DNA of 60,775 nucleotides, counting the filler, from Trichosphaerium sp. ATCC 40318 (lineage: Eukaryota > Protista > Tubulinea), in NCBI GenBank assembly GCA_038496445.1. It is 4 parts of 4 records of this genome, joined end to end, with 100 filler letters (N's around TTAATTAATTAA, not from the genome) between each part and the next. Parts side by side here need not be neighbours in the genome. Positions count along the whole stretch, not along the records: positions 20,685 to 43,264 come from JALMLS010000189.1; positions 43,365 to 54,842 come from JALMLS010000163.1; 2 more parts are not named here. One strand, written 5' to 3'. Both the position numbers and the translations under genes were made by a program. The notes below the pieces were generated by a model. That model did not search any database and was not told the DNA's origin. It saw nothing but the letters and a program-made list of their open reading frames with translations. Shown here in pieces: positions 35,213-47,816 of this stretch (position 1 is its first letter; each line of letters opens with the position of its first letter).

Positions 35213-36436
35213 ACATGAAAAATTACCTGTACTCAAACTAGCAACGAACATTAAAAGTTTTTGTTTGACACTGAATACAACTTTCTTATTCTGTTTATAA
35301 TACAAATTTCTTCTTGTCAATACTGCCTAGTGTTCTATGCTCACAACCCATTTTGATTAGCACGTTTGGGTTATTAACGAACGTCCCAGTGCTCTCTGTC
35401 CAGTTACTTAGCATTGAATGGCTGCCATTCACATTTACCTAAGCATCCTGAGTTAGCTGTGGCACTTATAAATAACATTGCCTTAAAAGTGTCTGGAATA
35501 TGCCCGACTGTCCATTTTCCCTTGACTTTGACATACCCACTGCGGTGTCTATGTAACCCATTATGCGCTGGAGAGGTATTTGAAATTCAGGCGACACGTA
35601 CAATGAAAAGTTATACCTATCAAGCCGGTTATATCTTCCTTGTTTTGAATTGAACCTCAGTTTTGTTTCAACGTCTGCTATGCTTTCAATAAGGAATTTC
35701 TTTTTAGCTTCAAGATCTTGTATGCGTTTTAGCAAGTAGACTTCTCTTTCAGTAGTTTGTGTCGCATGCATTAGTACCGGGCAAATCAGTGGAACTTACC
35801 CCGATTGACTTTTTAAGGCTTATGGTCACTGTATCATTTGTCATATTCTGCCGTCAGATAACATACTTCGTTGGTATCTCGCTTATAAACCAAGTGATTA
35901 GTGGTAACCGAATATACCGCAGTTTGTGTTTACTGGTACTACACAGTTCCAATCTAATAGCTATCATGGTAAAAAAAAAGCACTACAATAATATTATTGT
36001 ACGTGCATAACAATATTTACACTGAAACTAGAAATTTCGATAATTTCAATTGTGCAGTGAATAACCAAGAGCAATTATAGACTAGCTAGTCTATTCAACA
36101 CTCAACGGTTTACATATGATATTCGTGTACAATGACAGCAATCTTACCCACCGACATGTACTCTTTTTTTCAGATATCGTAGGAATTCATGTCACTGAAA
36201 GGAATACCACTAGTTTGTACAGCTGATAGCTTGTTTGTCTTTACCAAAGGAATACCAAGCCCTGCAAAGTAAGAAAAACAGCGACAAAGACTCGTTAATA
36301 CTAGAAAACTCGCTTTTTTTCATAATATTCAAACTCAAACGAGAGCAGCACTTCTTCTACTGTTTCTTGTATGCAAAACAGCTCATTCGAACCGAGAAAA
36401 AAGAAACGAAAACTAAGCCACACACAAGACGTAGTA

Positions 36437-39400
36437 ATGGAGAGCACATCTACTGAGGTACGCAACCACTACGAAGCGATTACAGGGCAAATCTAACGCT
36501 AACTAAAACAGAAAGTAGAAAGTCAACAATCGTGGGAAGCAAGATCAAGCAGATTACTTCATTCTCTTGGCGAGAATGGTGTTGAGACTCTTAAACAACT
36601 TGAACGCTCTCGGATATTTTTGGTAGGCCTGAAAGGTCTTGGTATCGAAATAGGTAATCCCGTTAATAGAATGATCAAAGACAGTTTCGTACTCACGTTG
36701 TTGTAATAGCAAAAAATCTTGTTCTCATGGGAGTATCTTCTCTGGTTATCCAAGATACAGAGGCGGTTGCTATTTCAGATTTGAGTACAAACGTAAGTGG
36801 ACAAGTTGGATCAAGTTAAGTCGCTAACTTTCCTAGTTTTATTTGAGTGAAGAAGATGTCGGTATGAACAGAGCGCAAGTACTACTGGGTAGATTGAGGG
36901 AACTAAATGAGCGTGTGAATATTGAAGTGTTTAATGGAACTATTGAAGAATCTTTTATACGCAAGTTCTCGGTACAACCTTTGTCGTTTTTGTCTCAACG
37001 CTTTGTAGGGTGTTTCGCTGAGGGTTTACTAAAGCATGTATTAGGTAGTTGTATTCACTAACAATATGTCATTTGACAGTTTGCTACAGTACAACAAAAT
37101 GTGTCGTGAATCCAATGTCAAGTTTATTGCTGCTGATGTTCTTGGATTATTTGGATATACTTTTATTGATATGGGCAAACAACCTTTTATAATCCTTGAT
37201 AAAGATGGTGAGATACCTAAGACAGCGTTTTTGTCGCATATTACAAAGGTACAAATCAATAAACAATTCTTGTTTTATTCTCATCTAACTTATGTTTTCG
37301 GAAGGAGAAAGAAGCTGTTGTTACGGTTGCTGAAACATCAAACCATGACCTAGAAGACGGCGATTATATTCGAATAACAGAAGTGAACGGAATGGAAGAG
37401 ATTAACGGACAGGAATACAAAGTGAAAGTAAAAGGTCCAGAACAACTCATCATTGGAGACACAACAGAGTTTTCAGACTACTTCAAAGGAGGATACTTAG
37501 TTCAAGTCAAGAAACCTGTGCACGCCTCTTTTGTACGTATTTTTTATCCTTTAAAGAAGATTACATCCAGTTTCACTCACATACAGCGTAGGACTCTTTG
37601 GAAAGTTTCGTGGGCAAGAAATTGCCGGAAGACAAAATACAAATCGTTGATTGGTCTAAAACCAACAGATCTATGCTTTATTTCCTCTTTTTACAAGCAA
37701 TCTTATCTTTTAGAAAAGAAAATGGAAGACTCCCAAAACCACATAACAACGTAAGTGCACTAAAAATAACAAGCTTTTTAAAAATAAAAGTAATTATAGC
37801 TTCTAATTTTTCCTAAGAACGACGCTGGAGATGTGTTGGAAAGGGTGCAAAAGTTTAACAACGAGTTAAAAGAAGATGAACGCTACACAATCAAGGACTT
37901 CAGTGAATCTCCAAAGGTAGCATAGACGCTTTTGCGATTTTGTGCACAGAAAACTAAAACCTTTCTAGGTTGATGGAGAAGTAAAACGATCGCTTTCAAA
38001 AGTAATCCTTGACTTAGCTAAAACGTCATCGGGTTCAATAAACCCGATGTCAGCTACATTTGGAGGCATAGTAGCTCAAGAAGTCCTCAAAGCGACAACA
38101 AATAAGTTCACACCAATCAATCAGTTTTTATTCATAGAAAACCTTGAATGTCTTCCCACTGATGACATATCAGAATCAGATGCTGAGCCGGTATGTTCTC
38201 ACTCGCATTGAATTACAAAAAATTCTTAACTACTAGCAGAGAAACACAAGATACGACGGTCAAATTGCTGTATTTGGAAATACATTCACCCAGAAACTCT
38301 TGAACCTAAATTACTTCGTGGTTGGTGCTGGCGCAATTGGCTGCGAGATGCTCAAGAATTTGGCAATGATGGGTATCGGTTGTGGTACGACAGGCGTTTA
38401 TACAATGAATTGTAAATTAAGCAACACCATAGGACCCAAAGGAAAAGTAACTGTAACTGATATGGATACGATTGAAATATCAAATTTGAACAGGCAGTTC
38501 TTGTACCGTAGTTGGGATGTAACGGTACACAAGCACCTATAATTAACATCACTGATATGTACTGTCTTAGAAGCTTAAATCAATGACTGCTTGTGAAGCT
38601 GTTCGTAAAATGAATCCAAACTTGAAGATAGAAGCTCTAGCAACTAAAGTTGGTCCTTCAACTGAAAATGTATTCCATGATGACTTTTGGGAAAAACTTG
38701 ATGGTGTAGCAAACGCTGTAGATAACGTAGAAGCTCGCTTGTACATAGACAGAAGATGCGTATTCTTCAGGTAAAGTTGAACCTTGAATACACAACTCTA
38801 AATTTGCTTAGAAAGCCTCTTATCGATTCTGGCACACTTGGATCTAAGGGCAATGTTCAAGTTGTTGTACCACATACTACAGAATCGTATGGATCTTCGA
38901 GCGATCCTCCACCAAAAGAGGCACACATATGCATCTTGCATTCTTTCCCAAGCACTATCGAACACTGCTTACAATGGGCAAGGTACTGTTAGTTGTTCTC
39001 ATATACCTGCCTAACAGATTGTACTAAAAAGGGAACATTGCTTTGAGGGCTATTTCGTTAAACACCCTGAAGTAACAAACGCTTTTCTTGAGCAATCTGA
39101 TTATCTGACTGCACGAGACATTTTTTTTTGCCGGTTTTTTGACTTACTTTACTCTGTAGAGTGTTTCCCAAAATCTCAAACTGCCTACCTTGGAAATACT
39201 GGAAAGCTGTATTTTAGAAAGACAACATGACTTTAAAGAGTGTATAGTATGGGCTAGACTTGAGTTTGAAAAGCTGTTTAACTGGAAACACAAGCAACTT
39301 CTTTACAATTTTCCTGTTGATTTTATTGACTCTCGCGGAGGTAAGACAGCTTTTTAATCGAAGTCAGTTTTCTTAAGGCCACCACAACTTATCAGCTTTA

Positions 39401-40626
39401 GCGCCTTTCTGGTCTGGTTCAAAGAGACCTCCAAAGATAGTTGAGTTTGATGCTAAAAATCAATTACACGCGAAATTTGTTGTTTCAGCAACTTTCTTGC
39501 GTGCTTTCACTCTTAATATTATTGATTCTGAGCACAAGCCATCAGAATTTAATTCACAAATACATGCCATAGCCGAAGCGGCTTCACAAGTACGAATTCC
39601 ACAATGGAAGCCAAAGGATGGAATCAAGATAGAAACTGATGAGAAATCAAATACAAAAGTTGTGTACGTCTTTTTATGGATGGTATACAAGACAAGTAAC
39701 TTAACATTTATATTTTAGCCAATACTCAAACGATGATGATGAAAAAATAGCTAGAATAGAAGCTAAACTGCCTAAGACAGAACGAATTACTTTCCGAGCA
39801 AATCCTGTAGAATTTGAAAAAGACGATGATACCAACTTTCATATTGACTTTATTCATGCTGCTTCTAATATCCGTGCAAATGCTTATGGTATCAAACCAG
39901 TACGTATTTACAATATACCAATCACGTGATTTCGTTGTCCCTACGTCTAATTCTGTTAAGGTAACTCAGTTGCAATCAAAGCTAATAGCTGGTCGTATTA
40001 TGCCTGCTATGATCACTACTACTGCTCTAGTTACTGGTTTAGTTTGTTTAGAGATCTACAAGGTACGCTTTAAGAATGAGAGAGTTCTATACGCTAACAA
40101 GTTTGGTAGTTATTTCAAACAGGGAAAACACTAAGCTCGTTCAAAAACTCTTTTGTAAATTTGACATTGCCTTTGTTCCAACAATCTGAACCATTGCCGC
40201 CACAAAAGTTAATGTTCAGAGACTCTGAGTTCACCCTGTGGGACCGCATTGATATAAAGAAAGGTGATATTACATTGAAAGAGTTTTTGGTACACCTTAA
40301 GGTACATCCTCTTTGAGTTTGTTCAAATGAGGCTAATCGTACACAGGAGAATTTCCAAATGGATGCACAGATTATAGGCGTTGGCACTGCGATGATTTAC
40401 TCTATCTTCGATAAGCGAGCGTCACAGAAACTCCCAAGAAAGTATGTCTAAACCATAACTATACATGTAATTAATAGTGATTAGGCTATCAAAGCTAGTG
40501 CCGGAGATATCAAAGATTACTATTCCAGAGAACCAACGATACTTTAATGTTGAAGTAACTGCAGAGAATACTCTCACAGGAGAAGATATCATAAATAATC
40601 CTGATATATACGTTTGGTTTAAGTAG
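36437..40626 (+). CDS. Ubiquitin-activating enzyme E1 (UBA1/UBA6 family), divergent; multi-exon
   Basis: Motifs [61 protein letters not shown], catalytic-Cys region [33 protein letters not shown] and IAGRIMPA. Confidence 0.93.
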
Positions 40627-40920
40627 TATGTACAAATTGTTTCTAAGAAATAAAATATATGACTTTATTGCTTTGCCATCACTTAGAAATAAATGCACCG
40701 AAAATCAAAAAAGTTTGGTATTAAGAATGCAATGCATTGTTTTCAACCACAATAAGACAATCGGTAGATACACCCTTTTTACTAACACGTGAAAGTATAA
40801 AAAATTTTGCTTGTCAGTAGGAAACTCAGTTGCTGAGTTACATAGCTCCAATAGCTTTGTGAAACCAAGGTCTTTGTCAAAGAAATAATTTATCTTGCAT
40901 TGAGTATGTACTGTTTCAAA

Positions 40921-42136
40921 CTACTTTAACCACTTTCCAACCCATGAACACTTTACAAGTGAGTCCATTCCTTCCCACTCAAGCAATCTTATACAATGCT
41001 CTCCTTCTTTTAGTCTAACATGTCTATCATAAAGGCTAAGCACAGTATCACCTTCTGATTTATCAAGTATCTTATAGCAAAAATCCACGCCCTCCTCGTC
41101 TATCCACCCAGGACACTCCATCATCAACAACCTTAAAACAAACAATTCGTCATCAAGTGCACATTCCTTACAAACAAATTTTCCTGGCTCTGATTCATAT
41201 ATTGGCTTTCCCCCTCCATATCTTTTAGCTTCCCAGTATCTACTCTGCTTTACATGTCGTGAACATGCAATTTCCTTTGATTCCACTTCTGAACCAAAGT
41301 ACTTTATTTTGCATTCATTACAAACCAACACTGTTCGAATCACCATTAGTAACAGTGATGGAAGCCGTTTAACTTTTGAAAACACGTGCCTGGTTCACCA
41401 TTCTCACTTACAATGAATTCTGCTTGACCTAAAACATGTGTTACCATAACGATGAGCATGTTTAATCACTTGCTTTCTTCACCATAGTCAGATTCTTCTG
41501 AAACATATTCCTCAAAGTCATTAGATTCCTCAGAGTCATAGTTTGTTGTTGAGGGATACCATACAATTTCTTTATCATTAGAATTTTTGCATTTGCATTT
41601 TTGACATTTAAGCTTGTCAGGGTAGTAATCTGCTAATGTACCATCCAAGTATGGGAAATTTTCCGTATAAAAGGAGTTTGTTATGATGTGCTGTAGTAGG
41701 TTCTTGTTAGACATTTCTCTTCCACTAGTGATAGTATCTTCATCAAACTCTTCGTAGCTATAATTTTGTATAACTCTTCCTGAACGATTCCTTGTTGATT
41801 CAATCACTGCATCTACGATTCTGTTGTTTAACATTAGCTATTTTACAATCGGAGAGACTCTTGAATTCGGCTGACAGGGTGTGGTAGTTTTGGCGCCAAA
41901 ACGAACCTTTTCGGTGCCCTGAGCAATTCCAGGGCGTATGTGTTACATAAAACGAGCATATCCACCTCTGAGATTGTTTTTTTTATATCAGACCATTCTT
42001 TGGAGCATTGACCAACGGAAATGACGGACGGCAAAGGAAGGTACGCACACAGAAAGTAACGAGCGAAATCTTTATCAAAGAGCAATTTGGAAGCGTAATT
42101 AACCATTATTGCAGTATCAAGCGTGGCATCTGTCAT
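40921..42136 (-). CDS. Hypothetical spliced protein with an F-box-like N-terminus and CxxC motifs
   Basis: Three same-strand ORFs are separated by intron-like segments. Motifs include YLPLPSVISVGQCSKEW, CQKC, CNEC and CKEC. Confidence 0.5.
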
Positions 42137-42587
42137 CTTACTATATGACGGTGCGTGTGGTGACAGTAGAAACTATTTAACGCTGAATAAAGTAGACTCT
42201 TGACTTAACCTCAGGAGCGCCTTATCTGCCCCGTTTTAGAGTTCGTCAACAGTTAGTTGTTGGTTTCTCCTTCTTGTTGATCACTTGGTACATTGTCATT
42301 ATTATCAGAGAGAAAAAGACAATATTATAGACATCAATCCGGCAAAAGTTGGCATTTCGTGGGTGAACTTCATCTAGATATTGAGATTTGCCCAGTTGTG
42401 ACACAATTTACGCTATTGTAGTTGCTTAACAGTTTATCAAACCTAAACCGTTAACGGTTGTGTAGCCGTAAATTAATGCTCTAGTCCCCTCCCTAATACA
42501 ACAAAATATCCTTACTCATACAAATTTCAACTTTTACACAACACACTCATGCACACCTCAGACATCGTTTGATCTTCTCATTTTTCT

Positions 42588-43264
42588 TTACAGATACATT
42601 AGTGATGCTAAGCGTCGTATATACAGTCTATACTTCCTCATTGCAGCATTTGGAGTGCTAGAATTAGAGGAATTTTGTGCGTCCATGAAATTTTTTATCT
42701 TCAAGCAGTAGCGTTGTGTTTATCACGTACAACCAAGATGTAACAAAAGCATACAAGTTTTCCATTGAATGGATATGTGAGCTTGTGTATTGGAATAAGA
42801 TGCTCAATCAAGCATTTCAACCTCATTGAAATGAACATTATATAATTTTTCAATGTGTAATATTTCCGTAGCTTACGCAATGAATTGCAAGATTCAATAG
42901 TATCTACCAATGGTAAATGTTCTAATTGGGCACAGTTGTAGTACCTATCGTATGCTCTTTGGCACACGTTTACGATCTCGCATTTTTTTCGGATTCTAAT
43001 CGCAAAACCGTTAGAAACGATACCAACCTTTAACACGTGATAAGTACCGTTTAAGTATTGCATGAAGATATTGTACCAGCCACTGTCAACGTCAAGTAAA
43101 GCCTTCCACGCTCAAGATTTTCTTAGGCGCCACTGTATTTATTGAAGTTAAATTGTATGAGCGAGTATTTTAAGGTGTATTTGCGAATAGTAGTCTATTG
43201 AACATTTTTAACACTAGAAAAAAACAAGAAAGGCTCTATGAAAAAAAGAGTTTTCTCACGAATT
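42588..43264 (-). CDS. 3' exons of an unidentified spliced gene truncated by the gap
   Basis: Short open exons flanked by GT/AG (AWKALLDVDSGWYNIF, CAQLEHLPLVDTIESCNSLRK, IKNFMD...LMYL*). No family was recognised. Confidence 0.35.
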
Positions 43265-43364
43265 NNNNNNNNNNNNNNNNNNNNNNNNNNNNNNNNNNNN
43301 NNNNNNNNTTAATTAATTAANNNNNNNNNNNNNNNNNNNNNNNNNNNNNNNNNNNNNNNNNNNN
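43265..43364. other. Assembly gap with TTAATTAATTAA linker
   Basis: 100-nt N run with central linker. Confidence 0.98.
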
Positions 43365-43502
43365 AACGATGAACACGAACCTGACGAGGTTCTAGCAATG
43401 CCTTTTTGCCACTTGTAAACCCAACGAAAAATAACCGTTAACACCTTTTCTTCAATTTAAAAAAATGTTTATGTACAAAATTCGTTGTAGGTTATTTGGG
43501 TT

Positions 43503-44972
43503 TTACCAACCTTTTACATACACTTTGAAAGGGCTACCCTTTATATGCTTACCATACATAGTAGTGCTTATTGTGTACTCGGAATCCTTTTCCTGCAAGA
43601 AGCACTGGATATTGTACGTACCATTGTCATTATCCGTAATTTCAGGCTCTGAAAAAAAAAACTCAGTTAATATTTGGCCATTACTTACTTTTAAAAAAAA
43701 AACCCAACTTACTCTTTTGAACACCTGGACCTCTGACATCTACCAGGAATGGATCACCGCCCAGTAGAACTTGCTCACCATAAGTATCAATTCCCGTTAC
43801 AGAGAATACGTATGTGCTCTTCCACAGTGTAGTTTCTTCAGCTGTAATGTAACTATCTACACCTGCATCTATGTACGAATATAGATGTCAGTTGGAGGCA
43901 ATACAAGAAAGTAAAAATGTGTAATTAACATACTGGCCGTTACTGTAATCTCCACTTCGTTTGGTCGTAGAGTACATTTATCACCCTCTAAGTGCACTGA
44001 TAGTTTGTACACGCCATGCTTCCGTGGCTTGTAAGTAGCAACAAAATCTCCTTTGGTGCCAGACACTTCACCTTTAATTGTTTCTGGTCCTGTCAACTAA
44101 CAATCACGTGGTTAGTAATATATCCATATTGACGCAATGAAAAAATTATTCTGTACCTGGACTCTAACATAAGAAGCATCTAAATACTCAGCCGGCTTAT
44201 TTGTGCGTGTGTCAGTACACTTTATTGCAAAAGATGAGTAATAGTTAACTTTTGCGCATGTCAAGCCTTTCCCCTCCATTGCCATTGCAGTAGGAAGACC
44301 CAAACCCTCTGTAACAATACCTATTAACAAGTTGCGCAACAGGCCACCTTTATCGTACCTTCTCTAGGCGCCAATTCGGGCCAACAACGCATTGTAAATT
44401 TGAATTTACTTTCGCCGTTATACTGCATGTCTACGTCGTAAGAACCTCTACTTTCCGGTAAAAACGAGAAAGCATACGTCCCTTGCGCCACAATTAATGA
44501 TAGATGCAACGTAAGATGTAATTTGTACCTTTTATTTCGCAAGAAACAGATGGTCTATAATTATGTCTACGCGTAACGAATACGTCAAACTTGCCCTTAG
44601 CTTCGCTAGGTGCATTTGTTTTGACATTTATAACTAAAACTTTATATTCCGCTACGCATTTCAAATCTACAACTTCTGGACCTTGCAAATTGAATTTTAA
44701 GTCGTCATCATTGTAACTCTACTAGCGGTGAGTGTTCTGGAGAATTGGGTGCGGAATTAATAACGTACCATCTTAAGATCACTGGGCGCTATATGTGGAG
44801 CTTCTGCTTCGCTAGTACTTATGCTCAACACTCCTATTTTGATGACGACTTTTGAAGAAAACGTGAATTACTGCTTTTATTTTATTTATTGGTTCTAAAG
44901 TGGTTATACCAGCTTTTACTGTTGCAGTCGACCGAAAACGCAATTTGTGACAGCCACACCAAACGGGTTCAT
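43503..44972 (-). CDS. Filamin/ABP120-type Ig-repeat protein; multi-exon, 5' end uncertain
   Basis: Motifs GTYAFSFLPESRGSYDVDMQYNG, MEGKGL, GDFVATYKPRKHGVYKLSV and DNDNGTYNI...GKHIKGSPFKV. Confidence 0.8.
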
Positions 44973-45825
44973 CACAGCGTGAAGTAATTACCTGAAAATT
45001 TTTTTCCTCTTTTCATAACGTTATTGATTGCTGCGTTCGTTTTGGCGGTTTCGTTGGCGGTTTGGTAAGGGTCGTTGCGATTCGCGACGCACAGGAAAGG
45101 AGGAACGGAGGTAAAACGAGCGAATTCGGGACATACAAAAGCAAAAATGAAGTGTACCAAGTAGTTTTGTGGATTTTTTTTTTTTAATGGATACTCCAAA
45201 TTTCAAAAAAAAGAGCGTACAGTACGGTTTGAGTCCAAATCGAGCGTTTGAACGCGAAGAAGAGAGAATCAAGGGGCTCCAGGGGCAAAGGAAAATAAAA
45301 AAGAGCGTAACTGTTTGGCGCGGGCGGGCACAACGCTGAAAAGTTTTTTTTTGGGTCGCATTTTTCTGGAGATGAACCAAAAAACCGCGATAAAAAGTGC
45401 TGTAAGCGATGTTTTTGGAATGAAAAGTGAAGCCAGGGACCGTGAAAACTGGGTATTTTCAGGAAAGAGTCCCAGTCTTACAACCGTGTAGCCTAACGGA
45501 GGCGTAAATGGAGAAAAGACTATGAGGCACCAACGAAAAAATAATTCCCCTAAACCGCCAGGCGATTTGCCTGCGAGGAAGGGCGTTAAAAAAAAATGAG
45601 CAGTTGGGCGCGTACAGAAATCGATTCTCTTCCCTTGGCGAAATTGAGAAGACAAAAAAAAGGATCGGTCAGTCGCGAGCGTACAATTTTGTATGCATCT
45701 TAAAAAAAAAAACCGCGCAGCCTTTGTTATTCCCAACGAAAGAGCCCACAGGGAGTGCACGATGACTATGGGTCCGCCCGTCGTGCAGCACATTTGCGGT
45801 GACTCTGCTATCACACTTGAATCAT

Positions 45826-47103
45826 ACTCCTATACGTTGATCGAGTGCTGAGGGTAGAGAGCAAGGACCTAGGACGCTGTTGTCTTCTACCACATAAGCA
45901 CCCTATATTGGAAGATTGTAATATTAAAAAGCTTACATCAGTACAAAGGGCAGTGGTAATCGATTTCTGCCTCAACATCTGAGAATATATGGTGGCATGT
46001 CTCTCTGTAAACTACAGAAACAGGTCGCCAAGCATAGCGGAAAGGCTAGTCTGTATTCATCTATCGCGAGAACAAGAAACTTTATTGAGTTTTTGTGAGC
46101 GTTTTTGAGCATATGACTGTAAGTCCTGTTTGCTGTGCAACCTCAGTAAAAATCCCTTTCTTCTAAAGTGAAGATTGGATATCAGCGTTTTAGTTGCGCT
46201 TACGCACATGCACATACACCACAGTGATGGCTACTCTAGCTTTTCTTATGTGATAGAAAAGGACGAGTTATCACTCGCCTCTTAGTATATCCATCGATGA
46301 CGATGCCAGTTGGTTATGTGTGTATGTAATAAGCAGCTATTTTAATACTGTATCCACTTCCAATAACAGAGGGTTCTCTTCTAACATTATAACGCACAGT
46401 TTTAAAAAAAATTTTGAAACTAGCGTAGAAATGTTAATCGAGTCCTTGGGTATGTGTATGTAACTCTCAATGAGACACATAACAACGACACCTAATAATG
46501 GTGAACGTTGTTTAGTGACACGAAAGTAGTCCGCTTATGTATATCGTTTGAGATACAACACCATCATTGTCCCGAGTGGGCAAAATGGTATTGTTTACAA
46601 ACACATAGACAATTTGTACACTCCTCCTTCATCTTATCTCTGTTATGAAAATATAACAGATTGATAAAGAGATGTCGATCGAGTCATTTGTCATCAACAT
46701 GCTGTAAATGAGTTTTGTGGCCCTCAGTGGGCAATAGCTTAGAACAGTCAATACTTTAAGCATTTAGTATGAAGCCCTCAGTGGGCAACAACTAACATGT
46801 TTACAAACAGAGATGATATCTTCTAGCATTAGAACACTTTGAAGTGTAGAAATGCTAATCGAGTCATACTGATAGACTTTCGTTCTCTTCTAGCATTAGA
46901 GCACTCACTAAGAGGTGTAGAAATGCTAATCGAGTTGCAAGTCTTAAAAGTATATGTTTCCAAGTTGATCACACCAATACGGTAGTGTACAAAAGAATGG
47001 CAGATTGAAGCCCTTAGTGGGCAACGGCCTACCATATGTATGAACTTGTGTTTCTCTTCTAGCATTATAACACCCATTTGGAGTGTAGAAATGCTAATCG
47101 AGT
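45826..47103 (+). repeat. Array of two interspersed hairpin motifs in the rDNA upstream spacer (probable 5' ETS)
   Basis: Motif A (CTC-TTC-stem...stem-ATCGAGT) occurs at about 46376, 46621, 46818, 46885 and 47054, with a short form at 45826. Motif B (GCCC-TYAGT-GGGC-AA) occurs at 46720, 46774 and 47010, with a variant at 46569. Confidence 0.75.
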
Positions 47104-47816
47104 TCAGAGTCATACAACAATACAGCTCTAAGTCATGCTTAGGTGGACGACAGGAGTCAAAGTGCTCCAATCAATCCGCAAAAGCTGTATCACATCCAAA
47201 ACAACCCAATGGAAAGACAAAGTATCAAGTACTTGGGTAATAATAGATGTGAGCCTGAAGCAGAAATGTGAAAAGGGCAAATTGACGGAAAGGCACACAA
47301 GCCAAGTACATCAACACAACAAGTGTAGCCAAGTTGCTACAACTTGAAGACTCAACAAGGAAAGGCACAGTCCAAGTACTTGCATAGTAAACAAAATCAA
47401 AAACAAAAAGAGTGTATGAAAAATGATGCAGTTGCAAGCTATTACCGACGATGCCTCAAGGGCTACTCAGTAAAAAATAGGCATGACTCATCAAGAAAAG
47501 TAGTCCTTTAAGACACAACCCTATGCTGTTGTGGCAATGTGCTCTATGAGCATCTCTTGCCATAAAAACCATAACCAAGACACGTCAGCTTCTTCTCCAA
47601 CAAGAAAGGCTGGTGTTGTCCGGCACCAGGTATTTGTGATGTTCATCAAAAAGACCTTCATCTTACATCCTCCTTGAAAGAGAATAGGAATAAGGATTGA
47701 ATGGTTTCTTATGAAGTTCATTCTTCAAAAAACCACCTAAAAACCTCAACCACCTTTGGTCTGATGAGAATTTATTTTAAATGCAGCTGTCTGCTTTAAA
47801 ACTCTGATGCAAAAGG

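Noticed and set aside
35466-35771. 101-aa minus-strand ORF between the MORN gene and E1
   Set aside because: It may be an exon, but I could not build a phase-consistent gene model or recognise a family.
45021-45814. Phe-rich minus-strand ORFs upstream of the rDNA
   Set aside because: They are by-products of poly-A tracts in spacer DNA.
46720-46786. Iron-responsive element suggested by CAGUG
   Set aside because: The stem register gives a UCAGU pentaloop, without the 5-bp upper stem and bulged C of an IRE. Other copies lack CAGUG.
47761-47810. Hammerhead ribozyme suggested by CUGAUGA
   Set aside because: No GAAA follows the putative stem II, and no stem III/NUH site is evident.
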